57,040 bases of DNA from Candidatus Omnitrophota bacterium (GCA_034723315.1 JAYEOV010000063.1:1-57040), one strand, 5' to 3'; shown: positions 8,788 to 18,225, counted from the first letter of the stretch. Notes: generated by a model from the letters alone, not told the origin. Program-made: numbers and translations.

Positions 8788-9819
8788 CTACTCTTCGGAC
8801 TGTATCGGTTGTTCCGCCTGTTTTGGATCTACCGGGGTTATGAGAGAAGTGATGTCTTCAGTTGAATGGATCGTCGTTACGTTCAGGGAACCGTCTATCT
8901 TTTTCAGCAGGCCTTTAAGGACGCTTCCGGGGCCTATCTCCAGGTAATCGGTTATTCCGAGGGAAACGGCTTTTTTTACCGAAGCTTCCCACAGGGTCCT
9001 GTTATCGAGCTGGTTGGCAAGGTTCTCTTTTATCTTCCCGGGGTCCTTTGTTATTTCAGCGTCTATGTTGCTTATGAAATCAATGGCGGGTTCTTTTATT
9101 TCTATCTCTTCAAGGATCTTTTGAAGTTTTTCTTTCGCGGGTTCCATGAGCTCGGAATGGAAGGCGCCGCTTACCTTCAGCATCATCACTCTTTTCGCGC
9201 CCTGGTCCTTCGCGAGGTCCGCCGCGAGTTCCACCCTGGCGGCGTGACCGGAAATCACCACCTGCCCCGGGCAGTTAAGATTGGCGACCTGGCAACCGAT
9301 GCCGATGCAGAGCTCTTCTACCTTCTCGAGGTCAAGGCCTATGACGCAGGCCATCTTTCCCTCGTTCTTCTGAGAGGCCTCTTCCATGAACCGGCCTCTT
9401 TTGTCCACGAACTTCAGGCCGTCTTCAAAACTCATAGCTCCCGAGGCGACCAGCGCGGTCGGTTCTCCCAGGCTTAACCCCATGGCCACCGCGCCGAGCT
9501 CCTTAACGTCTTCCGGTGAGAATAACTCCCTGCCCTCTTCGCCCACGGGAGCGCCCTTAACTTTTTCCAGAAGAACGTTCAGCGTTGCTATGCTCGTGGT
9601 GAATATCGCGGGCTGGCTGTTGTCGGTCTTCCGCAGTTGTTCTTCGGGCCCTTCAAAACACAGTCCGGTTATGTCCCTCCCCAGCACTTCGTTCGCCCTG
9701 TCAAAAACCCATCTCGCGGCGAGCTGCGTCCGGTAAAGTTCCTGGCCCATGCCTGCCGCCTGCGATCCCTGCCCGGGGAATAAAAGACCGAATTTCCTGT
9801 CCATAACCGCACCTACCAT
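8788..9819 (-). CDS. fabD: Malonyl-CoA:ACP transacylase
   Basis: LFPGQGSQ, QPAI, GLSLGE nucleophile motif, VSGAFHS; follows fabH. Alternative start at 9804. Confidence 0.95.
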   Translation of the reverse strand: MVGAVMDRKFGLLFPGQGSQAAGMGQELYRTQLAARWVFDRANEVLGRDITGLCFEGPEEQLRKTDNSQPAIFTTSIATLNVLLEKVKGAPVGEEGRELFSPEDVKELGAVAMGLSLGEPTALVASGAMSFEDGLKFVDKRGRFMEEASQKNEGKMACVIGLDLEKVEELCIGIGCQVANLNCPGQVVISGHAARVELAADLAKDQGAKRVMMLKVSGAFHSELMEPAKEKLQKILEEIEIKEPAIDFISNIDAEITKDPGKIKENLANQLDNRTLWEASVKKAVSLGITDYLEIGPGSVLKGLLKKIDGSLNVTTIHSTEDITSLITPVDPKQAEQPIQSEE

Positions 9820-10793
9820 TTAATTAACAGCGCTCCCCATGTCAATCCGCCGCCGAAGGCGTCCATGAGGATAATGTCGCCTTTTTTTATCCTTCCTTCC
9901 TCCACGGCTTCCGTAAGCGCTACCGCGCTCGATGCCGCCGACATGTTGCCGTATTTTTCTATGTTAAGGTAAACCTTCTTTTCCGGGTCAACGCCCATCC
10001 TCTTGGCCAGGGCGTTGAGGATGCGTATGTTCGCCTGGTGAGGAATGATAAGGGCTATATCATCGCCTTTAAGGCCGAGCGGTTCCGTCACCGCCAGGGC
10101 GGCGTCCGCCATGATCTTCACCGCGTGCTTGAACAGGACGTTGCCTTCCATCTTTATGGTGTGCAGCTTGTTCTCCACGGTCTTTATCGAGGCCGGCATG
10201 CGCGAACCTCCCGCGGGAAGCCGGAGCAGGTCCCCCTTGCTGCCGTCCGCGCCGAGACTCGCGCCCAGGATGCCTCCGTCTTCGACTTCACCGATAACGG
10301 CGGCCCCCGCGCCGTCGCCGAAAAGTACGCACGTGGAACGGTCCTCCCAGTCCGTGACAGCCGAAAGTTTCTCGGCGGCCACCACAAGGGCGTATTTACA
10401 CGAACCGTTCTTTATGAACTTCTCCGCTATCGTAAGGCCGTATATGTAACCGGAACAGGCAACGGCTATGTCAAACGCCGGGATGTTCCTCGCTCCCAGC
10501 TTATTCTGCAGAAGGCAGGCGGTTGAGGGAAAGAACATGTCCGGAGTTATCGTCGCGACTATTATCAGGTCGATATCTTTCGGTTCAAGTCCCGCCTTCT
10601 TCAGGGCGCCTCTGGCGGCTTTAGACGCCATGTCGCTGGTAGCTTCGTTATCGGCCGCTATGCGTCTTTCTTTTATGCCCGTGCGGGTAGTTATCCACTC
10701 ATCGCTTGTCTCGACCATCCTTTCGAGGTCAGCGTTCGTAAGTATGTTCTCCGGAAGATATTTTCCTAACCCTAATATGCCTACTTTTTTCAT
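9813..10793 (-). CDS. fabH: Beta-ketoacyl-ACP synthase III
   Basis: TSDEWITTRTGI, AC(S)G catalytic Cys, LFGDGAGA, PHQAN, YGN, FGGGLTWG. Confidence 0.97.
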   Translation of the reverse strand: MKKVGILGLGKYLPENILTNADLERMVETSDEWITTRTGIKERRIAADNEATSDMASKAARGALKKAGLEPKDIDLIIVATITPDMFFPSTACLLQNKLGARNIPAFDIAVACSGYIYGLTIAEKFIKNGSCKYALVVAAEKLSAVTDWEDRSTCVLFGDGAGAAVIGEVEDGGILGASLGADGSKGDLLRLPAGGSRMPASIKTVENKLHTIKMEGNVLFKHAVKIMADAALAVTEPLGLKGDDIALIIPHQANIRILNALAKRMGVDPEKKVYLNIEKYGNMSAASSAVALTEAVEEGRIKKGDIILMDAFGGGLTWGALLIKW

Positions 10794-10845
10794 TTTTATC
10801 CCTCATTTTCCTATTACATATAGTGAACTATTCTTTATTCACTGA

Positions 10846-11113
10846 ACTTAGCCGGCCTTCGGCCGGAACTTTTCTTCTATCCCGTAGGAGGCGGCTCCTA
10901 CGGCTTTGGTTATCGAAATTCCGTTACGATAAATTAAAAAATCCCCCTGGCCCCCTTTTTCAAAGGGGGGGAGGCGAGAAACTTAGCCGGCCTTTGGCGG
11001 AACTTTTCACCTGTCCCGTAGGAGCGGCCTCCTGGCCGCGAACAAAATTATCAACATGGGTTCGCCGCCTGGAGGCGGCTCCTACGGCTTTGGTTATTGA
11101 AATTCCGTTACGA
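10846..11113. repeat. Composite GTAG-type REP/REPIN element (full copy 10929-11113, internally deleted copy 10846-10929)
   Basis: GTAGGAGCGGCCTCCTGGCCGCG...TTCGCCGCCTGGAGGCGGCTCCTAC inverted pair plus a CCCCCTTTTTCAAAGGGGGG hairpin. Near-identical to 18525-18708. Confidence 0.85.
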
Positions 11114-11141
11114 CAAGCGAGACACGAGTCACGCATAACGA

Positions 11142-12134
11142 TCAATAACTTTCCAGTTCCTCCACAACGTGCATGTTCACCTTGTGGCTCACGTTCTCGC
11201 CGGCGGCGCGCACCGCGTTCTTTATCGACTTGGCGTCCGAAGCGCCGTGGGCGATTATCACGCTGCCGTCCACACCCATAAGGGGGGCGCCGCCGTATTC
11301 AGCCGCGTCCACCTTTTTTTTAATGGACTTGAACACCGGAAGCAGCATAAGAGCCCCCAGTTTAGTGCCGATATGGCTCCCACGCAGCTCCTTGCGTATA
11401 AGCTCGCCTGCCGCGTCCGCGAAACCTTCTGTGACCTTGAGCAGTACGTTGCCGACAAAACCGTCGCAGAGGACGACATCGGCTCTTCCGCGGTAAACGT
11501 CTTTCGGCTCGATATTGCCTATGAAATTGAGTTTACTTTCGCTGAGCAGCATGTGGACCTCTTTCACGAAATCCGTCCCCTTGGACTCCTCCTCGCCTAT
11601 ATTCAACAGCCCCACAACGGGATTCGTTGTCTGGAGTATGTGTTTGGAATAGGCGTCGCCCATTATACCGTATTGAAGAAGATGAAAAGGTTTCGGGTCT
11701 ATGTTCGCGCCGACGTCGATGATCACACAGCGCTTGATCAGCGTCGGCATGATTATGGCGATCCCCGGCCTGTCCACACCCGGCAAAAGGCGCAGGCTCA
11801 GCGTAGCGGCGCACACAACAGCCCCGGTGTTACCCGCGCTGACAAACGCGTCGAACACGCCTTTTTTTAAAAGGTCGGCTCCTTTCACGATGGAAGAATC
11901 CCTTTTCTTCCTCACGGAAAGGGCCGCGGGTTCATCCATGCCTATTACTTCCGAAGTGCTGATGATGTCTATTTTCGCGGATGGATAATTTAGTTCCTGA
12001 AGATGGGCGCGTATCTCGTTCTCGTTGCCTACAAGCGTCATGTGATAACCGTATTCCTCAACAGCCATCAAGGCGCCTTTTACCGTGCATTCAGGAGCAT
12101 TATCCCCCCCCATTGCGTCAAGGCCGATCCTCAT
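11142..12134 (-). CDS. plsX: Phosphate acyltransferase PlsX
   Basis: LDAMGGDNAP, SAGNTGA, DVGAN, LLNIGEE, DGFVGN, YGGAPLMG, HG. Confidence 0.97.
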   Translation of the reverse strand: MRIGLDAMGGDNAPECTVKGALMAVEEYGYHMTLVGNENEIRAHLQELNYPSAKIDIISTSEVIGMDEPAALSVRKKRDSSIVKGADLLKKGVFDAFVSAGNTGAVVCAATLSLRLLPGVDRPGIAIIMPTLIKRCVIIDVGANIDPKPFHLLQYGIMGDAYSKHILQTTNPVVGLLNIGEEESKGTDFVKEVHMLLSESKLNFIGNIEPKDVYRGRADVVLCDGFVGNVLLKVTEGFADAAGELIRKELRGSHIGTKLGALMLLPVFKSIKKKVDAAEYGGAPLMGVDGSVIIAHGASDAKSIKNAVRAAGENVSHKVNMHVVEELESY

Positions 12135-12180
12135 TCTTAACCTCCGGGTTCTCCCCGGACCCTTGTAAAATCAAGGATCC

Positions 12181-12360
12181 AGAATCCATTTTATAACCCT
12201 GTTCTACTGCGGCTGGCTGCAAAATCCATTGACCGCGTTTTCGGGGCAAAATGTCCTCAACGTAGCGCACCGGCTACGTTTCCGGGCATTTTGCCCCTCA
12301 GGCCTTGTCAATGGCTTTTTCGCTCAGCCTCGTAACGAACGGGGTTATGAAATAGGTTCT
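12181..12360. mobile_element. 180-bp palindromic MITE-like element, copy 1
   Basis: Terminal IRs AGAATCCATTTTATAACCCTGTTC / GAACGGGGTTATGAAATAGGTTCT, whole-length imperfect palindrome. Inverted near-identical copy at 27720-27899. Confidence 0.75.
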
Positions 12361-12583
12361 AAGTGCTTTTCTGCTTCTTTTCCCTGCGGGCTTTTCGATC
12401 TTCCAGGCTTTCGACATATTTCACCTGTGTGCCTTTATAATAACCGCAATAGGGACAGACCTGATGGGTTTTTTTGCTCTTTCCGCATTGCGGGCAATTG
12501 GAAAGAGAAGGCACTTCCGCTTTGTAATGGGTGCGTCTTTTTCTCCCGCGAGTTTTTGAATGTCTATGTTTTACTTTCGGCAT
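12359..12583 (-). CDS. rpmF: 50S ribosomal protein L32
   Basis: PK.KHRHSKTRGRKRRTH, CPQCG...HQVCPYCGYYKG; upstream of plsX. Confidence 0.95.
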   Translation of the reverse strand: MPKVKHRHSKTRGRKRRTHYKAEVPSLSNCPQCGKSKKTHQVCPYCGYYKGTQVKYVESLEDRKARREKKQKST

Positions 12584-12613
12584 CTTTTCCTCCGTGATAT
12601 CCGGGTCCGTGCC

Positions 12614-13762
12614 CTATTTTTTCGCCGTTTCACTTACGATACGGTGGGTGTCTTTTGCTATCAACAGTTCTTCGTTCGTGCTGATTGTCAGGAATTCAGC
12701 GCTGTTTCCCAGCAGATGGCGTAACTGTTCCCTGATGCTGTCTTTGATCCGCGGGACGTTCTCCCCTATCCCCGCCGTAAACACTACCGCATCGACTTTT
12801 CCGAGAACGGCCGCATAGGAACCGATATATTTTATTATCCTGTAAACGAAAATATCAAAGGCAAGTTTTGCCCTTTCGTTGCCTTCCTCTATGGCCTTGA
12901 GGATGTCGCGCATATCGTTGCTTATACCTGAAACGCCCAGAAGTCCGCTTTTTTTGTTCAGTATCCCGTTGACCTGATCGGGAGTCAGCCCCTCCCTCTG
13001 CATGAGGAATGTCACTACCGCCGGATCCAGGTCTCCCGAACGAGTCCCCATAAGAAGACCTTCCAGCGGCGTAAGCCCCATGGACGTATCTATGCTCTTC
13101 CCCTCCTTTATCGCCGCGATGCTGCAACCGTTACCGAGATGCACCGTTATTATGTTGAGCTGCTCGATAGGCCTTCCCAGAAGTTCCGCGGCCTTACGGG
13201 AAACGTACCTGTGACTCGTGCCGTGGAAGCCGTACTTCCTTATGCCGTATTTCTTGTAAAATTCGTAAGGGACACCGTAACAGAACACGTGCTCGGTCAT
13301 GGACTGGTGAAAGGCGGTATCGAAAACCGCTACCTGCGGAACACCCTTGAAGATATTCATGCATCCCCTTATCCCTTCCAGCGAAAGCGGGTTATGCAGC
13401 GGCGCAAGCTCCGCGAATTTCTCTATGCTTTCCAGGACCTTATCGTCTATCAGGGTGCTTTCGTTGAACTCCTCGCCGCCGTGGACCACCCTGTGGCCGA
13501 CCCCCTCGACCTCGCTGACATCATTGATGACGCCTTTATCCACGTGGATCAGAACGTCCCTGATGATCTCTATGGCCCGGTAGTGATTAGGACACGGTAC
13601 TTTTTCCTGCACCTTATCCCTGCCGTTGACCTCATGTGTAAGCGTTGAAGAATCTTCCCCGATCCTTTCTACTATCCCCTTACAAAGAACCGCTTCTTTT
13701 TTTACGACAAACAGCTCATATTTCGCCGATGAAGAACCACAATTTATTACCAGAATCATCAT
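12614..13762 (-). CDS. ackA: Acetate kinase
   Basis: ILVINCGSSS, GHRVVHGG, APLHN, VFDTAFH, YGFHGTSH, HLGNG, TNEEL. Start trimmed to MMILV. Confidence 0.95.
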   Translation of the reverse strand: MMILVINCGSSSAKYELFVVKKEAVLCKGIVERIGEDSSTLTHEVNGRDKVQEKVPCPNHYRAIEIIRDVLIHVDKGVINDVSEVEGVGHRVVHGGEEFNESTLIDDKVLESIEKFAELAPLHNPLSLEGIRGCMNIFKGVPQVAVFDTAFHQSMTEHVFCYGVPYEFYKKYGIRKYGFHGTSHRYVSRKAAELLGRPIEQLNIITVHLGNGCSIAAIKEGKSIDTSMGLTPLEGLLMGTRSGDLDPAVVTFLMQREGLTPDQVNGILNKKSGLLGVSGISNDMRDILKAIEEGNERAKLAFDIFVYRIIKYIGSYAAVLGKVDAVVFTAGIGENVPRIKDSIREQLRHLLGNSAEFLTISTNEELLIAKDTHRIVSETAKK

Positions 13763-13788
13763 TTTGTGTCTTTTTGTGTCTTTTAACT

Positions 13789-14790
13789 TTAAAACCCCTG
13801 CGCCCTTATGGATGTTACGACCGCCGTGTCGACGACATCTTCCCAGGAACACCCGCGGGAAAGGTCGCTGCAGGGTTTGTCAAGCCCCTGGATGAGGGGC
13901 CCGACCGCTCTCGCTTTTCCCAGACGCTGGCTGAGCTTGTAAGATATATTACCCGCGTCCAGGTTCGGGAATATCAGGACGTTGGCCCTGCCCTGGACAG
14001 GGCTGCCCGGACATTTATGGTCGGCCACCTCAGGCACTATCGCCGCATCTACCTGTAATTCCCCGTCTATCTTAAGATTCGGCCTTTTCTGCTTTATTTT
14101 TTCCAGAGCGGCCCTTATATTGTCTATCGACTCCCCCCTGGCGCTGCCTTTGGTGGAATAACTAAGCATGGCGACACGCTGTTCGATATCGAAAAGCTTG
14201 CCGAAAAGGTCGCTGGTCGCGACCGTTATCCCCACGAGTTGCCTTACGGAAGGATACGGTATTATGCCGCAATCGCCGAACGCAAAAAGCCCGTCTTCAC
14301 CGAACGGGCAATTCTCCATTTCCATTATGAAACAACTTGAAACGGTGCCTATCTCCCTGCTGATCTTAAGACAGTGAATCGCGGCCCTGGCAACTTCTCC
14401 CGTAGTGTGGCTGGCACCCGCCACAAAACCGTCGCCAAGCCCTATACTCGTCATTATCGCGCCATAAATGACGAAATTTTCCATCACCATCTTCTCGGCA
14501 TCCCCGGGCGTTATCCCCTTGTGTTTTCTTTTCTCGTAGTAGCCATTGATGATCTCATCCTTTTTCTCGTATTCGAACGGGTCAATGATATTGACGCCTT
14601 CAAGGGAGATCGATTCCTCTCCGGCCAGATCCATCACATCTTCCTTCTTTCCAAGAAGAAACACGTTGACCAGACTCTCGGCAGCCAGAACGGACGCGCC
14701 CTTGACCACCCTTTTATCCCCGCCCTCGGGCAGGATGATGGTCTTTTTCTCCCGGCTGGCCTTTTCCCTTAACGCCAATATCCTATCCAT
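13789..14790 (-). CDS. pta: Phosphate acetyltransferase
   Basis: LPEG, VAMLSYSTKGS, DGELQVDAA, FPNLDAGNISYK, SDLSRGC. Confidence 0.95.
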   Translation of the reverse strand: MDRILALREKASREKKTIILPEGGDKRVVKGASVLAAESLVNVFLLGKKEDVMDLAGEESISLEGVNIIDPFEYEKKDEIINGYYEKRKHKGITPGDAEKMVMENFVIYGAIMTSIGLGDGFVAGASHTTGEVARAAIHCLKISREIGTVSSCFIMEMENCPFGEDGLFAFGDCGIIPYPSVRQLVGITVATSDLFGKLFDIEQRVAMLSYSTKGSARGESIDNIRAALEKIKQKRPNLKIDGELQVDAAIVPEVADHKCPGSPVQGRANVLIFPNLDAGNISYKLSQRLGKARAVGPLIQGLDKPCSDLSRGCSWEDVVDTAVVTSIRAQGF

Positions 14791-15268
14791 TTCCCAATTT
14801 TTCCTTCAGTTTTTTCTCAACATCTTCAGGAACAAATTTGGACACATTCGCGCCCAGACGGGCAACTTCCTTGATGAGTTTACTCGAAAGGTATGAATAT
14901 GACTCGTTCGGCATCATGAACACGGTCTCGACCCCGGAGTTCAGTTTCCTGTTAGTCAGGGCCATCTGGAATTCGTATTCGAAATCCGAGATCATCCTCA
15001 AGCCCCTGATCACTACCCTGGCGGATTTGCTCTCGGCGTAATCAACCACCAGACCGCTGAATTCCTCGACCTCTACGTTCCCGAAAGCCTTTACCGCACC
15101 GGTCATCATCGCTAATCTCTCGCTGGCCGAAAAAAGCGGGGATTTATCCTCGCTGGAGGCCACGGCAACGAAGACCTTATCATAGAGAGCGGAAGCCCTC
15201 TCGATCACATCAAGATGACCGAAAGTAACAGGGTCAAAAGTCCCGGGATAAACCGCTTTTCTGATCAT
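14783..15268 (-). CDS. coaD: Phosphopantetheine adenylyltransferase
   Basis: YPGTFDPVTFGH, RGLR..SDFEYE, SS.LIKEVA. Confidence 0.97.
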   Translation of the reverse strand: MIRKAVYPGTFDPVTFGHLDVIERASALYDKVFVAVASSEDKSPLFSASERLAMMTGAVKAFGNVEVEEFSGLVVDYAESKSARVVIRGLRMISDFEYEFQMALTNRKLNSGVETVFMMPNESYSYLSSKLIKEVARLGANVSKFVPEDVEKKLKEKLGNG

Positions 15269-15816
15269 TTTTTTAAAAATACGGAAATGGAAATATCTCC
15301 GTAAGTCTTTTGTTTACAAACAGTAAAACACCCCCGGACCCCGGTGATGTCCTCGGTCCCGTGATGCTCAATTATCACAAATCCAGAATGGTTTACTATA
15401 TCATAATGATTTATCATAATCAAGATATTTTTGGACATACCTCTAATATATGGGGGGTCGCAGAAGACCAGATCGAATTTCTCCCCGCTGCTGCCCATAA
15501 GTTCCATGGCATTAAAGGCGTCTTCGGTCATAATGTCAGCCCGATCTCCGACTCCGAGCAGGTCTATATTCTCCATTATGACCTTTGAGCATCTCAAGTC
15601 CTTTTCTATAAAAACCGCTTTCCCGGCCCCTCGGGATAACGCCTCAAGGCCGTAGGCGCCGCTGCCGGCGAATATATCCAGGACGCTGGATCCCGGCACT
15701 TCCGCGGCGATAATATTGAAAACGGCCTCGCGGATCCTGTCCTTGGTAGGCCTGACAGTCTCAAATGCGGGCTGTTTTATCTTCCGCCCCTTGTGTTCAC
15801 CGCCTATAATACGCAT
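15265..15816 (-). CDS. rsmD: 16S rRNA m2G966 methyltransferase
   Basis: MRIIGG, RPT.DR.REA.FN, DIFAGSGA.GLEALSRGA, DPPY. Start trimmed because the upstream extension is repeat DNA. Confidence 0.93.
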   Translation of the reverse strand: MRIIGGEHKGRKIKQPAFETVRPTKDRIREAVFNIIAAEVPGSSVLDIFAGSGAYGLEALSRGAGKAVFIEKDLRCSKVIMENIDLLGVGDRADIMTEDAFNAMELMGSSGEKFDLVFCDPPYIRGMSKNILIMINHYDIVNHSGFVIIEHHGTEDITGVRGCFTVCKQKTYGDISISVFLKK

Positions 15817-15833
15817 CGTGTGTAAAAAATATA

Positions 15834-15891
15834 TTCTGGGGACATGCCTGGGCGCCTCCAAGTGTCGTCTACAACAGGCGTGTCCCCAGAA
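15834..15891. repeat. 58-bp GGGGACA...TGTCCCC hairpin repeat, copy 1
   Basis: ttctggggacatgcctg...caggcgtgtccccagaa; related copies at 18716, 26224 and 38652. Confidence 0.8.
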
Positions 15892-16035
15892 CTTCAGCAA
15901 TCTATATTGAAAAATCCCCCTAACCCCCTTTTTCAAAGGGGGGAGGAGAGCAAGCATAACGCGTTCTTTTAAATAAAGGGGAAGCAAGGGGCATCTCGTA
16001 TTGTGCATCACCGATACCCGCTAACCGCCAACCAA

Positions 16036-18102
16036 TCATATTCCCAACTTACCCCTGAACCTTTCGGTTATACTCTCTTTTATGCCCGCGTTACGCGGAT
16101 CTTTCAGGCCCGGATCCACTTTGACCAGATCGAACGCCTCTTCCCTGGCTTCTTCCATGATCTTGAAATCTCTCGCGATATTACCGAACCTCAGCTCTGG
16201 AAGTCCGCTCTGCCTGGTCCCCAGGAATTCCCCCGGGCCCCTTAGATCAAGGTCCCTTTCGGCTATTTGAAAACCGTCGTCCGTCTCGGCCATTGTTGAA
16301 AGCCGCTCAAGGGAAACCTCTGTCCTTGGTTCTCCCATCAATATGCAATAAGACGTATGTTTACCCCTGCCGATACGGCCCCTCAACTGATGAAGCTGGG
16401 CGAGACCGTAACGTTCGGCGTGTTCCACCAGCATAACGGTAACATTAGGTATGTCCACGCCGACTTCGATCACTGTAGTGGCTATAAGGATATCGTACTC
16501 GCCCGCGCGGAAATCTTCCATCACCTTTTTCTTGTCTTCGCGTTTTAACCGCCCGTGGACAATGGCCACGCGCAGATCCCTGAAAATCTCCTCCCGGAGG
16601 CGCTCGTACATCTCTTCGGCTGACTTGAGGTCCGACCGGTCCGTCTTTTTTATCCTGGGATAAACGATGAACGCCTGTCTGCCTTTGGAGACCTCGTCAC
16701 GTATAAAATCGTATACGGCTTCCCTGCGGTCCTCGCCCACCCAGTACGTGGTCACCGGCTCCCGGTCCTCCGGTTTCTCTTTCAGGAGCGATATGTCCAT
16801 ATCCCCGAAAACCGTGAGGACAAGGCTCCTGGGTATAGGCGTAGCGGTCATGACAAGGGTATCCGGCGTTACCCCTTTACGGCGCAGTGTTTTTCTCTGC
16901 GCGACGCCGAACTTATGTTGTTCGTCGATCACGGCCAGCCCGAGATCGGAATAATCTATGTCCTCCTGTATCAGCGCGTGGGTGCCTATAACTATATCCG
17001 CTTCACCTCCGGCCAGTTCCTCTTTCACCTTCTCCCTGTCCTTCCGGTCGATACCGTTTATCAACAGCCGGACGTTCAGGCCGAGGGGCATGAACGTCTT
17101 GCTGACGGTCACGTAATGCTGGCGGGCAAGCACTTCCGTGGGCACCATCAGCACCCCCTGATAGCCGTTCCGCGCCGTCAGCAACAACGCGTACATTGCG
17201 ACGACCGTCTTGCCGCTTCCCACGTCGCCCTGCAGGAGCCGGTACATGGTTTTTTCGCCTGACATGTCCTCTTCGATGTCCTTTATGCACTTTTTCTGTT
17301 CACCAGTGAATTTGAAATCAAAAAGTTTTTCAAACTCGGCAAGAAGGCCTTCGCGCACCTGGTGCGTTATGCCTTTCTCCCTTATCTTCCTGCGCCGAAG
17401 AGCCATTATCACCTGCAGGATGAAAAATTCCTCAAAGACCAGCCTTTTATACGCCCTTTCAAGGTTCTCCGGGGAATACGGGAAATGGATATTCTCTATC
17501 GAAAAACGAGAATCAACAAGCTTTTTCCTTGCCCTGATCTTCGTGGGTAAAGGGTCTTTAACGGCGGAGATATGGAAACTTATCGCCTGATGGACGATCT
17601 TGCGCATATATCTCTGCGTCAGCTTCTCGGTAAGGGAATAGAACGGCACTATCCTGCCGACATCAAGTGAATCCTTCAGGTTCTCCCCGTCAAGTATTTC
17701 AAAAGCCGGGTGATTTATTTGGAATCGTCTCGCCCTTTCTATTTTTCCGTAAAGCACAACCGTCTGTCCCTGGGAGAAGACCTTTTTCATGAACGGCTGG
17801 TTGTACCATACCGCGACGACCCTGCTGGTATCGTCGCCGACCGCCATCTCGAATATGCGGGTACCCGTTCTCGCGGTAAACACGCTCGTCTTTAGGACCC
17901 TGCCCACAACGGCCTGAGTCTGACCGGGCTTCAGGTCCTTTACCTCAACTACGGAGGACCTGTCTTCGTAGCGGCGAGGCAGGTAATAAAAAAGGTCGGA
18001 TACGTTCTCTATGCCCAGTTTCGCGAATAGATCGGCTTTCCGCGGGCCTACGCCTTTTATGTACCTGACGGGGATATCCCCGGTAGATTTTTTCACTTGC
18101 AT
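16036..18102 (-). CDS. recG: ATP-dependent DNA helicase RecG
   Basis: LQGDVGSGKT, DEQHKFGV, MTATPIPRS, QLHQLRGRIGRG, RGPGE..GTRQSG. Start chosen at MQVKK (AAAGGT SD); ORF-track start is 18165. Confidence 0.95.
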   Translation of the reverse strand: MQVKKSTGDIPVRYIKGVGPRKADLFAKLGIENVSDLFYYLPRRYEDRSSVVEVKDLKPGQTQAVVGRVLKTSVFTARTGTRIFEMAVGDDTSRVVAVWYNQPFMKKVFSQGQTVVLYGKIERARRFQINHPAFEILDGENLKDSLDVGRIVPFYSLTEKLTQRYMRKIVHQAISFHISAVKDPLPTKIRARKKLVDSRFSIENIHFPYSPENLERAYKRLVFEEFFILQVIMALRRRKIREKGITHQVREGLLAEFEKLFDFKFTGEQKKCIKDIEEDMSGEKTMYRLLQGDVGSGKTVVAMYALLLTARNGYQGVLMVPTEVLARQHYVTVSKTFMPLGLNVRLLINGIDRKDREKVKEELAGGEADIVIGTHALIQEDIDYSDLGLAVIDEQHKFGVAQRKTLRRKGVTPDTLVMTATPIPRSLVLTVFGDMDISLLKEKPEDREPVTTYWVGEDRREAVYDFIRDEVSKGRQAFIVYPRIKKTDRSDLKSAEEMYERLREEIFRDLRVAIVHGRLKREDKKKVMEDFRAGEYDILIATTVIEVGVDIPNVTVMLVEHAERYGLAQLHQLRGRIGRGKHTSYCILMGEPRTEVSLERLSTMAETDDGFQIAERDLDLRGPGEFLGTRQSGLPELRFGNIARDFKIMEEAREEAFDLVKVDPGLKDPRNAGIKESITERFRGKLGI

Positions 18103-18225
18103 ATTACCTTTTATTATGATATTATCGGCTACTGTTTCGTTAAGGGGAACACTTTTATCGATCAAAATCAGCGTGATATCATATCCCGGAAGATCAAATT
18201 CTAATTATAAAAGAAAGGCCCTGGG

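Noticed and set aside
9440-9560. FabD GLSLG instead of GHSLG as a sign of inactivation
   Set aside because: The catalytic Ser, downstream Arg and AFHS His are intact. GLSLG is a natural variant in some lineages.
10823-11281. ORFs 10823-11281 (+) and 10960-11145 (-)
   Set aside because: They are translations of the REP composite repeat or antisense to plsX.
12229-12597. ORF sharing the peptide TAFSGQNVLNVAHRLRFRAFCPSG with the N-terminal extension of ORF 27129-28001
   Set aside because: The shared peptide is only the 180-bp palindromic element read in frame, not a protein domain.
15817-16011. N-terminal extensions of rsmD (and similarly secDF 24114-24254 and DegT 37143-37217)
   Set aside because: The extensions run through hairpin or heptamer repeats; family-typical starts lie downstream.
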